37,523 nt of DNA from a virus, in the IMG/VR virus record IMGVR_UViG_3300018080_000344, one strand, 5' to 3'. Of the stretch, positions 23,692 through 31,268 are shown piece after piece. The notes under the pieces are model-generated. The model searched no databases. It saw nothing but the letters and a program-made list of their open reading frames with translations, and was not told the origin of the DNA. The position numbers and the translations under genes are program-made. Within the stretch, counting starts at the first letter, position 1; every line of letters begins with the position of its first letter.

Positions 23692-24510
23692 TTATGTAAA
23701 TATTTTACTTTGCTGCGACCTTTGTATCATTTTTGTTGTAATTGTAAATGGCGATTGAGTCGCTTTATTAGCCTTTGTTAATGTTTTTTGAACTATTGTT
23801 CTACATAGAAGTTTTCCATTATTCGAAATGAAAAAATTAGAAGAATTTCCTCTTAAAAGCATAGTAGATTCAAAGTAATTTTTTAATCTCTCAATAATAC
23901 CTTCGTCGACAATAGTTTTTAATATAATTTTATCTTCAAAATTAATTTGTTCAACCTTCAACTTTAGAACTTCAAGTAGTGGTCTCTGAGTATAGTATAT
24001 TAACTCAAAAACTAAACTATCTCTTAATGACAATGAACGTGACGCATTAATAATTTTAATAACTTCATCATATGTAGCGGCTTTTCTATTTGAGTCTTTA
24101 ATTGGACCAATTTTAGATAATTCTAAAGGCATTTTTAACGGTTTAAATTTACCTAGAGACTCTTTTTCTATATGCCTAAATACATGAATCAGAGCATGCA
24201 TTCTAATTTTTTTTTGCATATTAGATAGTTTATTGCAATTTAACAGTTTTTGAGTAATAATTATTGGTTTATTCTCTGTGTCATTTACATTTTTATCTAA
24301 AAATAAAATTCCGTTATCATTAAGCTCTTTAATATATCTTTTATAATTCTGTGTAGTTTCAGTATTATATGATAAGCTACTCCAATCACCAAAACATTGA
24401 TCTATAACTGTTGATAACTTAACATTAAAAAGAACTTCCTCGTAAGCACGAATACTCTTGTTTTTTTCTTTCCTTGTATCATTTAAGAGTTCTAATTCAT
24501 CTTTAACCAT
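23692..24510 (-). CDS. Tyrosine-recombinase-like protein, apparently lacking the C-terminal catalytic segment
   Basis: A box-I-like stretch ...RDSLVFELIYYTQRPLLEVLKLKVEQINF is present. The ORF ends ...ITTKMIQRSQQSKIFT with no clear HxxR or nucleophile Tyr region. Confidence 0.4.
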   Translation of the reverse strand: MVKDELELLNDTRKEKNKSIRAYEEVLFNVKLSTVIDQCFGDWSSLSYNTETTQNYKRYIKELNDNGILFLDKNVNDTENKPIIITQKLLNCNKLSNMQKKIRMHALIHVFRHIEKESLGKFKPLKMPLELSKIGPIKDSNRKAATYDEVIKIINASRSLSLRDSLVFELIYYTQRPLLEVLKLKVEQINFEDKIILKTIVDEGIIERLKNYFESTMLLRGNSSNFFISNNGKLLCRTIVQKTLTKANKATQSPFTITTKMIQRSQQSKIFT

Positions 24511-24523
24511 TTTAAATTTTCCT

Positions 24524-24548
24524 ATTGAGATACCCTCAATAATTTTTT
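24524..24548 (+). terminator. Plus-sense terminator-like hairpin inside the minus-strand operon
   Basis: ATTGAG-atacc-CTCAAT followed by aaTTTTTT. Confidence 0.3.
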
Positions 24549-24577
24549 AATATTTAACTTATAAATACACTAATTCA

Positions 24578-24853
24578 CTAATTTATTGCAACATTATTTT
24601 TTTTCTTCTTTTTAATCTCTTCTTCTTTAGCTTTAGCTATCTCTTCAGCTTTTTTAAGTTCTGATTCCCTAACAAGACTTATAAATCTAACTTGATTATT
24701 ACAAGTCCAAAAAGCCGTCTCTTTATTGGGGGCCCAATATGGTTCATTTTTTTGCAGTTTTTCGAAAAACTTTGTTGTCTCTTCTTCTGGAAGAACTACG
24801 TTTATTTGTTTTTCATCCATATATGTTAATCTAATAATATAGTTCATTTTCAA
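24578..24853 (-). CDS. Hypothetical protein
   Basis: ORF with a GAGG SD. Confidence 0.5.
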   Translation of the reverse strand: MKMNYIIRLTYMDEKQINVVLPEEETTKFFEKLQKNEPYWAPNKETAFWTCNNQVRFISLVRESELKKAEEIAKAKEEEIKKKKKNNVAIN

Positions 24854-24885
24854 ACCTCTAATTTAAAATTATGTACGTTCTTAAA

Positions 24886-25167
24886 TTAAGTTTTGTTTTT
24901 TGGGATAGAATTATAAGCATCTATTGCTTGTTTTACCATTTCACAAAACTTTATTTTATGATCTTTTTTATCAAAAGAAATGTAAGAATAATATTCAGTT
25001 TCTTTTCCATTTTTTTTAATTCTAGAAGGAAAATTAATCCATCTTTTATCATCTTTAACATGGAGAGATATGCCAGATATTTTAATACCCCACTTAGGAA
25101 CTCTAATTGTAGCTACACCCTGACATGTGCTTTTATTAACTGACGTATAGCTAACGCATTCTAACAT
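24886..25167 (-). CDS. SpoVG-like protein (tentative)
   Basis: ...GIKISGISLHVKDDKRWINFPSRIKKNGKE..YYSYISF... parallels SpoVG ...[36 protein letters not shown].... Confidence 0.35.
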   Translation of the reverse strand: MLECVSYTSVNKSTCQGVATIRVPKWGIKISGISLHVKDDKRWINFPSRIKKNGKETEYYSYISFDKKDHKIKFCEMVKQAIDAYNSIPKNKT

Positions 25168-25173
25168 TACTTT

Positions 25174-25317
25174 TAACCAAATAATCTTTTTTTAAATAAC
25201 AAAAAGTTTCTTCTTATAATAGACATATAATCCTTTTTATCTTTTACATTAATTACTTTCTGCTTTTTATTATTAAGCAAACAACCATGAGATAAACTTT
25301 CTTTTTTATTAATCATT
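25174..25317 (-). CDS. 47-aa hypothetical protein
   Basis: ATGA overlap with the upstream small gene. It is below the track cutoff. Confidence 0.3.
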
Positions 25318-25460
25318 TCTTTACTTCTTTTTTTTTCTTACTTTTCCCAGCAACATTAAGCGCAATAGCCACTGCTTGTTTAGGCGCTTTTCCAGCCGCT
25401 ATCTCTGTTTTTATGTTTTGAGAAATTGCTTTTTTACTCTTTCCTTTTTTTAATGGCATC
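25314..25460 (-). CDS. 48-aa lysine-rich small protein ([48 protein letters not shown])
   Basis: GGGGG SD. The pattern recurs in small phage and bacterial proteins. It is below the track cutoff. Confidence 0.45.
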
Positions 25461-25475
25461 TTTTACCCCCTTCTC

Positions 25476-25712
25476 TTATTCAATATCAAATATTCCAGAT
25501 TCTGAGACTACCTCGCCTATTCTTTCGGCTAGTTCAAACTCTTCCATTGTAGGATCTGCTTTGTACTTCCAAACATCTTTACATCTATCATGTATGTCAT
25601 GAAGTGCTATAAAAAATTTACTAGCATTTTGGAATATAAATAGCTCGTCTTTATTGTCTGGCAAGAAGAACTTGTATGTAACTTCTGATTGCTTATTATT
25701 ATTGATCTCCAC
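25476..25712 (-). CDS. Hypothetical protein
   Basis: I prefer GTG 25712 (SD AAGGAG, 7-nt spacer) over the track start at 25760, which overlaps rusA by 62 nt. Confidence 0.45.
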   Translation of the reverse strand: MEINNNKQSEVTYKFFLPDNKDELFIFQNASKFFIALHDIHDRCKDVWKYKADPTMEEFELAERIGEVVSESGIFDIE

Positions 25713-26304
25713 GGCAATTCTCCTTAAGTCCTTGTACGCTAAAATACAGATGTGTACCATCTGAGTCTTTTTCTTGGTAAACTCTAACTAACTGTCGGTT
25801 TCTTAATCCCAGGCGATTTGCTTTTTTTATTATGTAATCTAAATCTTCGATATCTAGAGATTGCTTATACGTAACAGCATGTTCATTAATCATATCATTC
25901 GCCTCTATTTGGAATAGATTGATTTCTATTCCTGGATTATTAGAATATCTTTTTTGGGATGATAGCTTTGCTATTTGAGAATCATCGTGATAAGCAATTC
26001 CATTTAAAACATCGAGAACAAATTTTTCATAATTATCAAGGTCTGGTCTAGCAACAACGAACTCATTTTTTATTAAACACGATTCTTTACGCTTTTTAGA
26101 CCATGATTTTGGAATCTGGACCCTTATGTCTAAAGCAGCCTCAATAGGCCCTTCTAGCGTGTTTAAATAGCCTTGTTGTCGAAATTGGTTAGCAAACTCA
26201 AACTTCATTCCACGCTTCTCATTAGACTGTGGGTCGTAGGCTATACCGTTTGCCATTCTATGTCTTTGCTTAGCAATTGGTTTTCCTTGGTGATAAAATC
26301 TCAT
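25699..26304 (-). CDS. rusA: RusA-family Holliday-junction resolvase with a C-terminal extension of about 65 aa
   Basis: ...ARPDLDNYEKFVLDVLNGIAYHDDSQI... matches the RusA D-x-D-N...K...D...DD signature. Confidence 0.75.
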   Translation of the reverse strand: MRFYHQGKPIAKQRHRMANGIAYDPQSNEKRGMKFEFANQFRQQGYLNTLEGPIEAALDIRVQIPKSWSKKRKESCLIKNEFVVARPDLDNYEKFVLDVLNGIAYHDDSQIAKLSSQKRYSNNPGIEINLFQIEANDMINEHAVTYKQSLDIEDLDYIIKKANRLGLRNRQLVRVYQEKDSDGTHLYFSVQGLKENCRGDQ

Positions 26305-26379
26305 CTATCTTGTTCCTTCATAGCTACTTTCAGTAATACTGTATGTTAAAAATTATTTCAACCATTTTTAAATTATTTT

Positions 26380-26637
26380 CTATCGTCTTAACCCAGCTTT
26401 CTTTAACTGTTCTAAAATATCATTAATTTTAAGCTCATTAATAAGATATTCAGTATATCCGTCTTCTTCTTCATATTGACATTTCTCTTCTTGTGGTCTA
26501 AATGAATATAAAACTCTTAAAGCATAACAATCTTTAGCGTGTTTTGTTATTTCAAAATCTCTTATGAAATCTGTGTTTATACATCTCAATAGAGTGTGTT
26601 TGTTTAATTCTTCTATTGTTTCTAAAAATAACAACAT
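26380..26637 (-). CDS. Hypothetical protein
   Basis: ORF only. Confidence 0.5.
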   Translation of the reverse strand: MLLFLETIEELNKHTLLRCINTDFIRDFEITKHAKDCYALRVLYSFRPQEEKCQYEEEDGYTEYLINELKINDILEQLKKAGLRR

Positions 26638-26657
26638 AATTTACTCCTATTAATTTC

Positions 26658-27617
26658 TTATATTAATTTATATTTTCTCATTAAACTATTTACTTGTTCT
26701 CTAAAGCCGTTTTCTTTAAACAGGACTGACTGTGATTCCATGGCTGATTGAGTGAAGATAAATAGCATTGCTGTTGACGTAACATCTATTCTAATTCCTT
26801 TTTCTTTGGCTATCTTTGGGTTAAATTCTTTAGCTATCTTGAGAGCCAATTCTTTGTTGGTCTCTCCTCCAACATAGTTCTTTCTTTTTTCTAGTCGCTG
26901 CTTTTTTTGATAATACCGATCAATTCCCCAGCTTTGAATTCTCTTATAATCACTTCCCTTTCGTTCTTTTGGGGTTTTAAATTCTTTCCAATCGCTTAAC
27001 TCAAGATAACTGCCTAGGGTTGCTTCCTCCCCGAAGTCTGCTAATAGTTTTTCATGTTGTTTCTCTGTTGTGCTTACAAAAGGAGCTCTTTCTATTAATT
27101 TATCTTTTGAAATTGAAATGGGAGTAGATGCGATAGCATCTTGTTTTACATTATCTTTAGATAATGTTTTTTTAGTATTAGTATTAGTATTAGGTATAGC
27201 TGCCCCGATTTCGGGATTTCCATTTCCCGATTTCGGGATATGCATTTCCTTTTCATAATTGACTGTATACCAGCCAGTTCTATCCATCGGGGTTTTGTTG
27301 AAATTACCTTTAAGGATTAATTTTAGATCAAACATTTTTTTAAGAATTCGCTCTACTTGTTTCGCAGACCAATAAGGAAAATGAGCAGCTATTTCATCTA
27401 TAGTATTATAAAACCAATATCGCCCTTCATTAAAATTTGTCTTACGAGCTTTATTATAATTGACCCAATGAGTCACGTGCTTATACATTAAAGCTACGTC
27501 TATTCCGTAATCTTTAGCTATATCTGTATCAAAAGAGTGAGTGTCTGCTCTTAAAGATATCTTTTTTTCAGCTTTTTCTTGATTTAATGCTGGCGCATCA
27601 TTATTATTGGAATCCAT
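26658..27617 (-). CDS. Replication initiator / replisome-organizer-like protein
   Basis: Winged-helix-like N-terminal half (...YNTIDEIAAHFPYWSAKQVERILKKMFDLKLI...), a low-complexity linker (PNTNTNTKK), and a basic C-terminal half. A repeat cluster lies inside the linker coding region. Confidence 0.55.
   Translation of the reverse strand: MDSNNNDAPALNQEKAEKKISLRADTHSFDTDIAKDYGIDVALMYKHVTHWVNYNKARKTNFNEGRYWFYNTIDEIAAHFPYWSAKQVERILKKMFDLKLILKGNFNKTPMDRTGWYTVNYEKEMHIPKSGNGNPEIGAAIPNTNTNTKKTLSKDNVKQDAIASTPISISKDKLIERAPFVSTTEKQHEKLLADFGEEATLGSYLELSDWKEFKTPKERKGSDYKRIQSWGIDRYYQKKQRLEKRKNYVGGETNKELALKIAKEFNPKIAKEKGIRIDVTSTAMLFIFTQSAMESQSVLFKENGFREQVNSLMRKYKLI
27175..27239. repeat. Ori-like cluster: (GTATTA)x3 plus two 14-bp dyad-containing direct repeats CCCGATTTCGGGAT spaced 22 bp apart
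   Basis: GTATTA occurs at 27175, 27181 and 27187. CCCGATTTCGGGAT occurs at 27204..27217 and 27226..27239. Confidence 0.45.
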
Positions 27618-27692
27618 GATATAATCTCCTTTGGATTGGTGGGGTTATTTTCATGATATAATCTCCTTTGATTTAGTGGGGGGTATTGTTTT
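27615..27692. repeat. Tandem duplication (about 37-41 bp units) of the initiator's translation-initiation region
   Basis: Unit 1 is CATGATATAATCTCCTTTGGATTGGTGGGGTTATTTT. Unit 2 is CATGATATAATCTCCTTTGATTTAGTGGGGGGTATTGTTTT. The first 19 nt are identical. Confidence 0.6.
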
Positions 27693-27923
27693 GGATTTCC
27701 TTAGTAGCTTTTTGAAGTCCATGTTTGTAAGCAAGTTTTTAGATTCATAGTCTATAAGATTTACTCGGTCGTGTATGCGGCCAGTATCTACACTCACGTG
27801 TAGCTCGTTTGGGGGAAATGGGTGGTTCTGTTTCTCCCTATTTTTTTCCATAAATTCTTTATATTTAATAAAACCACCAGTTAAGTCGCCATCTCTTCTT
27901 TTTATAAAAACAATTCCAACCAT
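27651..27923 (-). CDS. Hypothetical protein (coding status uncertain)
   Basis: 90-aa ORF with no clear SD. It contains leader-element copy 4. Confidence 0.35.
   Translation of the reverse strand: MVGIVFIKRRDGDLTGGFIKYKEFMEKNREKQNHPFPPNELHVSVDTGRIHDRVNLIDYESKNLLTNMDFKKLLRKSKTIPPTKSKEIIS
27791..27840 (-). promoter_or_regulatory. Leader element, copy 4, inside ORF 27651..27923
   Basis: Minus sense reads TAGGGAGAAACAGAACCACCCATTTCCCCCAAACGAGCTACACGTGAGTG. Confidence 0.4.
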
Positions 27924-27971
27924 AATATTCTTTTAATGTTTTTAAAATATTAAGTATACACTTTTTTCTTT

Positions 27972-28217
27972 TTAAGAGTGATCGTCTTTTTTGATATCTT
28001 CTTGCTTGTTGTTTTCTTTGTTTGGTTTTCTTTTACTTTTATCGCAAACTGCTGTTATTTTACCTTTTGATAATTGTTGTACTGCTAAAAGTAAATATTT
28101 TGGAGTTGCTTGCTTTCCGTTCATATATCTATACAAAGTACAGCGATTTAAGCCTAATTCACTAGCAAAAAAAGTTGTCTTTATTCCTCTGGTTTCCAAG
28201 TATTTACGTAAGTCCAT
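27972..28217 (-). CDS. Cro/YdaS-like HTH regulator, first gene of the long leftward array
   Basis: MDLRKYLETRGIKTTFFASELGLNRCTLYRYMNGKQ.... I prefer ATG 28217 (SD GAGGA) over the track start at 28289. Confidence 0.65.
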   Translation of the reverse strand: MDLRKYLETRGIKTTFFASELGLNRCTLYRYMNGKQATPKYLLLAVQQLSKGKITAVCDKSKRKPNKENNKQEDIKKDDHS

Positions 28218-28228
28218 GTTAATCCTCG

Positions 28229-28289
28229 CAACATTTATGTTGATTAATTTGTATTGTTGGAGTATATTTAAACTATGAATTAAAAACAA
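28229..28289. promoter_or_regulatory. Divergent overlapping promoters plus a dyad operator candidate
   Basis: Rightward promoter: TTGATT (28240..28245)-N17-TATATT (28263..28268). Leftward promoter: TTGTTT (28289..28284)-N17-TATACT (28266..28261). The dyad CAACAT-TT-ATGTTG is at 28229..28242. Confidence 0.45.
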
Positions 28290-28343
28290 GATAAGTTAAA
28301 TAAAAAGTATAGACCGGAAGGTTTATATAACCAAGGATATGAT

Positions 28344-28649
28344 ATGATGAATACATATGAGCCACCCTTGGAACCATGCTGCGATTTCGATCCGTATGAA
28401 GAGTGGGTGCATGTTGATGAACTTGATAAATATGATGATGCTGAACAATTCCTCAAAGAGGTAATCAATCACATTTATAACACTGGCAACACCAATGAGT
28501 TAGAAAACTCACTTGATGAGCTTGCTGGTGTATTTAATCTAAAATTACCAAACAAAGAACCTAAGTTAACTAATAAAGATGAATTGTACGGATTAAACGT
28601 ACGATTTATTACTAATACAGTTAATTTATCTAAAATTATAGGAGTATGA
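28344..28649 (+). CDS. Hypothetical acidic protein, first gene of the rightward operon
   Basis: AAGGAT SD. The protein is rich in D and E. Confidence 0.55.
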   Translation: MMNTYEPPLEPCCDFDPYEEWVHVDELDKYDDAEQFLKEVINHIYNTGNTNELENSLDELAGVFNLKLPNKEPKLTNKDELYGLNVRFITNTVNLSKIIGV

Positions 28650-29467
28650 TGATGAATAAAAATGAAATTATAGTTAAACAAAATGATTATTTAAATGAAT
28701 TGAGAAATACACAAGAATTGTGTGGTTTACTAATGAAGATACCACATTATTCAAAGATGGGTCTCGAGGGTATATTTGCTATCGTTGAAACTGCAAAGTC
28801 TTTAAATATAGATCCACGTCAAGCTTTAAGTGGCGGTCTTTACTTTGCTAAAGGAAGGGTGGAAATGTCGTCTAGAATGATGGCTTCCTTAATTAGAGCA
28901 AAAAAGCATTCTATTACAAGAGACTCTAAAAGCGACGATAAGATATGCATCTTGCATGGAAGAAGGGCTGACACAAAGGATTGTTGGACTGAAAGTTTTT
29001 CGATAGAAGAGGCTAAAAAGGCTGGCATTATTAAACATGGTGGACCGTGGACTACATATCCAAGAGATATGCTATATGCTAGAGCCTTATCAAGGTTAGC
29101 AAGACAATTATTTCCAGATGTAATTGGAAATACTTACATTAAAGGAGAAATAGGAGAAGATCCTAATATAGAAGATCCTAATATAAACGAACAAAGCTAT
29201 GTTCAATCAGACATTAAAAGTAAAAAATCAAAGGAAACTCCTACTATCATGGTCGGGGCTAAAAGAAGCGATAAAGAAGTGAATACATTAGTAAATCTTT
29301 TAAAGGAGATTCCTGATTATAGACAAGAGCTCGAAGATTTTTTGCAAAAACAAAATATCAATAGTTTTGCAGACATGCCTAAAGAATTGTACGATAAAGT
29401 ATTAAAAATGACACAATCTAAAGTTGATGAATTTATTGAAGAGGGGGCAATTAATGGAAAAGCTTAA
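28646..29467 (+). CDS. recT: RecT-family single-strand annealing protein
   Basis: ...GGPWTTYPRDMLYARALSRLARQLFPDVIG... is the RecT signature. The third ATG (28652) has the best SD spacing. Confidence 0.85.
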   Translation: MMMNKNEIIVKQNDYLNELRNTQELCGLLMKIPHYSKMGLEGIFAIVETAKSLNIDPRQALSGGLYFAKGRVEMSSRMMASLIRAKKHSITRDSKSDDKICILHGRRADTKDCWTESFSIEEAKKAGIIKHGGPWTTYPRDMLYARALSRLARQLFPDVIGNTYIKGEIGEDPNIEDPNINEQSYVQSDIKSKKSKETPTIMVGAKRSDKEVNTLVNLLKEIPDYRQELEDFLQKQNINSFADMPKELYDKVLKMTQSKVDEFIEEGAINGKA

Positions 29468-30338
29468 TATAGAACAAGGAACTCCTGAGTGGTTAGCTCT
29501 TAGAAAAAATCACTTAGGAAGTAGTGATGCTTCTATCATTATGGGAGCATCTAAATGGAAGATTTCTGACGGCAGGATTAAGACACCCTATCTTTTGTGG
29601 AAAGAAAAATTAGGACTTGAGGATTTGAGTTGTGATAATGCAGCCACCCGTTATGGTAAAGTTATGGAAGAGCCTGCAAGACAGGCCTATCAAGAAATGG
29701 TGGGAGATATTGTAGAGCCTGTTTGTGTTAAAAATACACAACATCCCTATCTGCTTGCTTCTTTAGATGGTCTAAATATCACAGAAGACAGAGCAGTAGA
29801 GATAAAGAATTGTAACTTTGAAGACCATAAGCTAGCTAAGGAAGGAAAAATACCGTCTAAATATTATCCCCAAGTACAATTACAAATTATGGTAACAGGG
29901 CTTCCTTTTATTGACTATTTTTCTTTTCATAAGGGAGATGGTGTAATTGTTAAGGTAGAGAGAGATGAGGAATATATATTGGATTTGTCTAAAAAACTCG
30001 ACGCGTTCTGGAAATGTGTTGAAACGCTCAAAGAGCCCCCATTAACGGATGATGATTTTATTGAAAGAGATAACATCTGGGAGGAGACAGCTGAAAAACT
30101 TTTTACTTTAAAAGAAGATGTTAAATTTCTTGAAAAAGAGGTCAAGAAAACTGAAGAGCTTCTTAAAAATATGTCTGAAGGAAAAAATTCAAGATCTGGC
30201 AGCTATAGATATAGTTTTACATCTTGTAGAGGTTCAATAAATTATAAATTAATTCCTGAGTTACATAAAATAAACTTGAATAAATATAGGAACGGATCTA
30301 TAATAAAATGGTCTTTAAAAAAAGACAGTTGTAAGTAG
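29454..30338 (+). CDS. YqaJ/lambda-Exo-like recombination exonuclease
   Basis: QGTPEWLALRKNHLGSSDASIIMG...ASLDGL...EIKN...QVQLQIMVTG. I prefer ATG 29454 (SD GAGGGGG) over the track start at 29424. Confidence 0.85.
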   Translation: MEKLNIEQGTPEWLALRKNHLGSSDASIIMGASKWKISDGRIKTPYLLWKEKLGLEDLSCDNAATRYGKVMEEPARQAYQEMVGDIVEPVCVKNTQHPYLLASLDGLNITEDRAVEIKNCNFEDHKLAKEGKIPSKYYPQVQLQIMVTGLPFIDYFSFHKGDGVIVKVERDEEYILDLSKKLDAFWKCVETLKEPPLTDDDFIERDNIWEETAEKLFTLKEDVKFLEKEVKKTEELLKNMSEGKNSRSGSYRYSFTSCRGSINYKLIPELHKINLNKYRNGSIIKWSLKKDSCK

Positions 30339-30399
30339 TTAAACCTATAATTTTTTTTTTGTAAATAAGATAGTATTTAGAAAACTAAAAGAACAAAAT

Positions 30400-30415
30400 C
30401 GCTCCTCCTGGAGCG
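30400..30415 (+). terminator. Weak hairpin CGCTCC-tcct-GGAGCG followed by a U-rich tail
   Basis: 6-bp GC-rich stem followed by TCTCTTCT. Confidence 0.3.
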
Positions 30416-30440
30416 TCTCTTCTAGCAACCTAAAGTAAGC

Positions 30441-30472
30441 AGCCCTTTGATTTATTTTGAAGGGCTTTTTTA
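30441..30472 (+). terminator. Rho-independent terminator of the RecT/Exo operon
   Basis: AGCCCTT-tgatttattttg-AAGGGCT followed by TTTTTT. Confidence 0.65.
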
Positions 30473-30533
30473 TTAAGAATCTGGACTCAAGTCTATTTTA
30501 GCACCAGTACAATCCTCGATAAATTCATCAATT

Positions 30534-30743
30534 TTAGATTGTGTCCTTATAATATTCTAAAGCTTGCTCTACTATGTTATCTTTAGGGTAATTCTGAGTT
30601 AATTCTTTTAGACTAGAAGAAGACATTAACCAAATGAACAAACATGAGATAAATCCAAGAATATAAAACATTATATATCTTGATTTTTCAGGTAAACTTT
30701 CCCAAACTTCTTTTAAAACTTTCTTATATTTTTTAATATTCAT
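30534..30743 (-). CDS. Small membrane protein (holin candidate by default)
   Basis: One TM segment, YIMFYILGFISCLFIWLMSS. It is the last gene of the fibre operon. Confidence 0.45.
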   Translation of the reverse strand: MNIKKYKKVLKEVWESLPEKSRYIMFYILGFISCLFIWLMSSSSLKELTQNYPKDNIVEQALEYYKDTI

Positions 30744-30750
30744 GTAATTC

Positions 30751-30855
30751 CTATGGTTTATATTCTTTTACAGTTAATACAGTAGAAGCTACTCCTCCAA
30801 ATAAACGAGAACCAGCGTACCCATTCAAATACAGGGTCGGCCCTGAATTTATCAT
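30751..30855 (-). pseudogene. Relic 3' end of a second fibre gene (MINSGPTLYLNGYAGSRLFGGVASTVLTVKEYKP*)
   Basis: Homologous to the last roughly 31 aa of the 31269..32015 product (GGGTLYLNGNSTTRYYNGTASTTLTIREYKP*). The two share GGTTTATATTCT at the DNA level. Confidence 0.55.
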
Positions 30856-30900
30856 CCCTCTTAGTTTTTTCCTATTCTAACTTTGAGGGATGTTTTATAT

Positions 30901-31260
30901 CTAGAGTGGAAACTTTGGTAATACTCTATCTTTCAATAACGGATGGTCTGGTGCATCTCTCAATGTTTGCCTGTATGTTTCTATTAATACTTTATCTTCT
31001 GCTGAAATAGGGTAGTCTGAGAGCATATACTTGTCAGATTCAATTAATAGAGCGTCTCTCTTTGCTCTTAGATCGGTCATATAATACTCTTCTAACAACT
31101 CCCATTCTTCAGTTGTCATATTATATACATGGTTCATAGACGGCTGTTTTGGCACTTCAATACAAGTATTAGGGTCCCATAGGCTGTCTGTATCTTCTCC
31201 TTCAACATAAGTATATGCTGGCGGTGTGTTACTGTCGGGTCTCATAAAATGTTTGATCAT
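30901..31260 (-). CDS. Tail fibre assembly / chaperone-like protein
   Basis: ...LRAKRDALLIESDKYMLSDYPISAEDKVLIETYRQTLRDAP... is a typical Tfa C-terminal pattern. It lies directly after a fibre gene. Confidence 0.6.
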   Translation of the reverse strand: MIKHFMRPDSNTPPAYTYVEGEDTDSLWDPNTCIEVPKQPSMNHVYNMTTEEWELLEEYYMTDLRAKRDALLIESDKYMLSDYPISAEDKVLIETYRQTLRDAPDHPLLKDRVLPKFPL

Positions 31261-31268
31261 AATTTATC

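Noticed and set aside
27175-27192. GTATTA x3 and other short tandem repeats as a possible CRISPR or VNTR
   Set aside because: There are only three 6-bp units, in frame and coding (NTNTNT). No spacer-repeat architecture occurs anywhere in the window.
30339-30533. Possible tRNA or small RNA gene in the gap after the exonuclease gene
   Set aside because: I see no cloverleaf or T-arm (GGTTCGAATCC-like) sequence. The two hairpins are adequately explained as tandem terminators. An sRNA cannot be excluded without transcript data.
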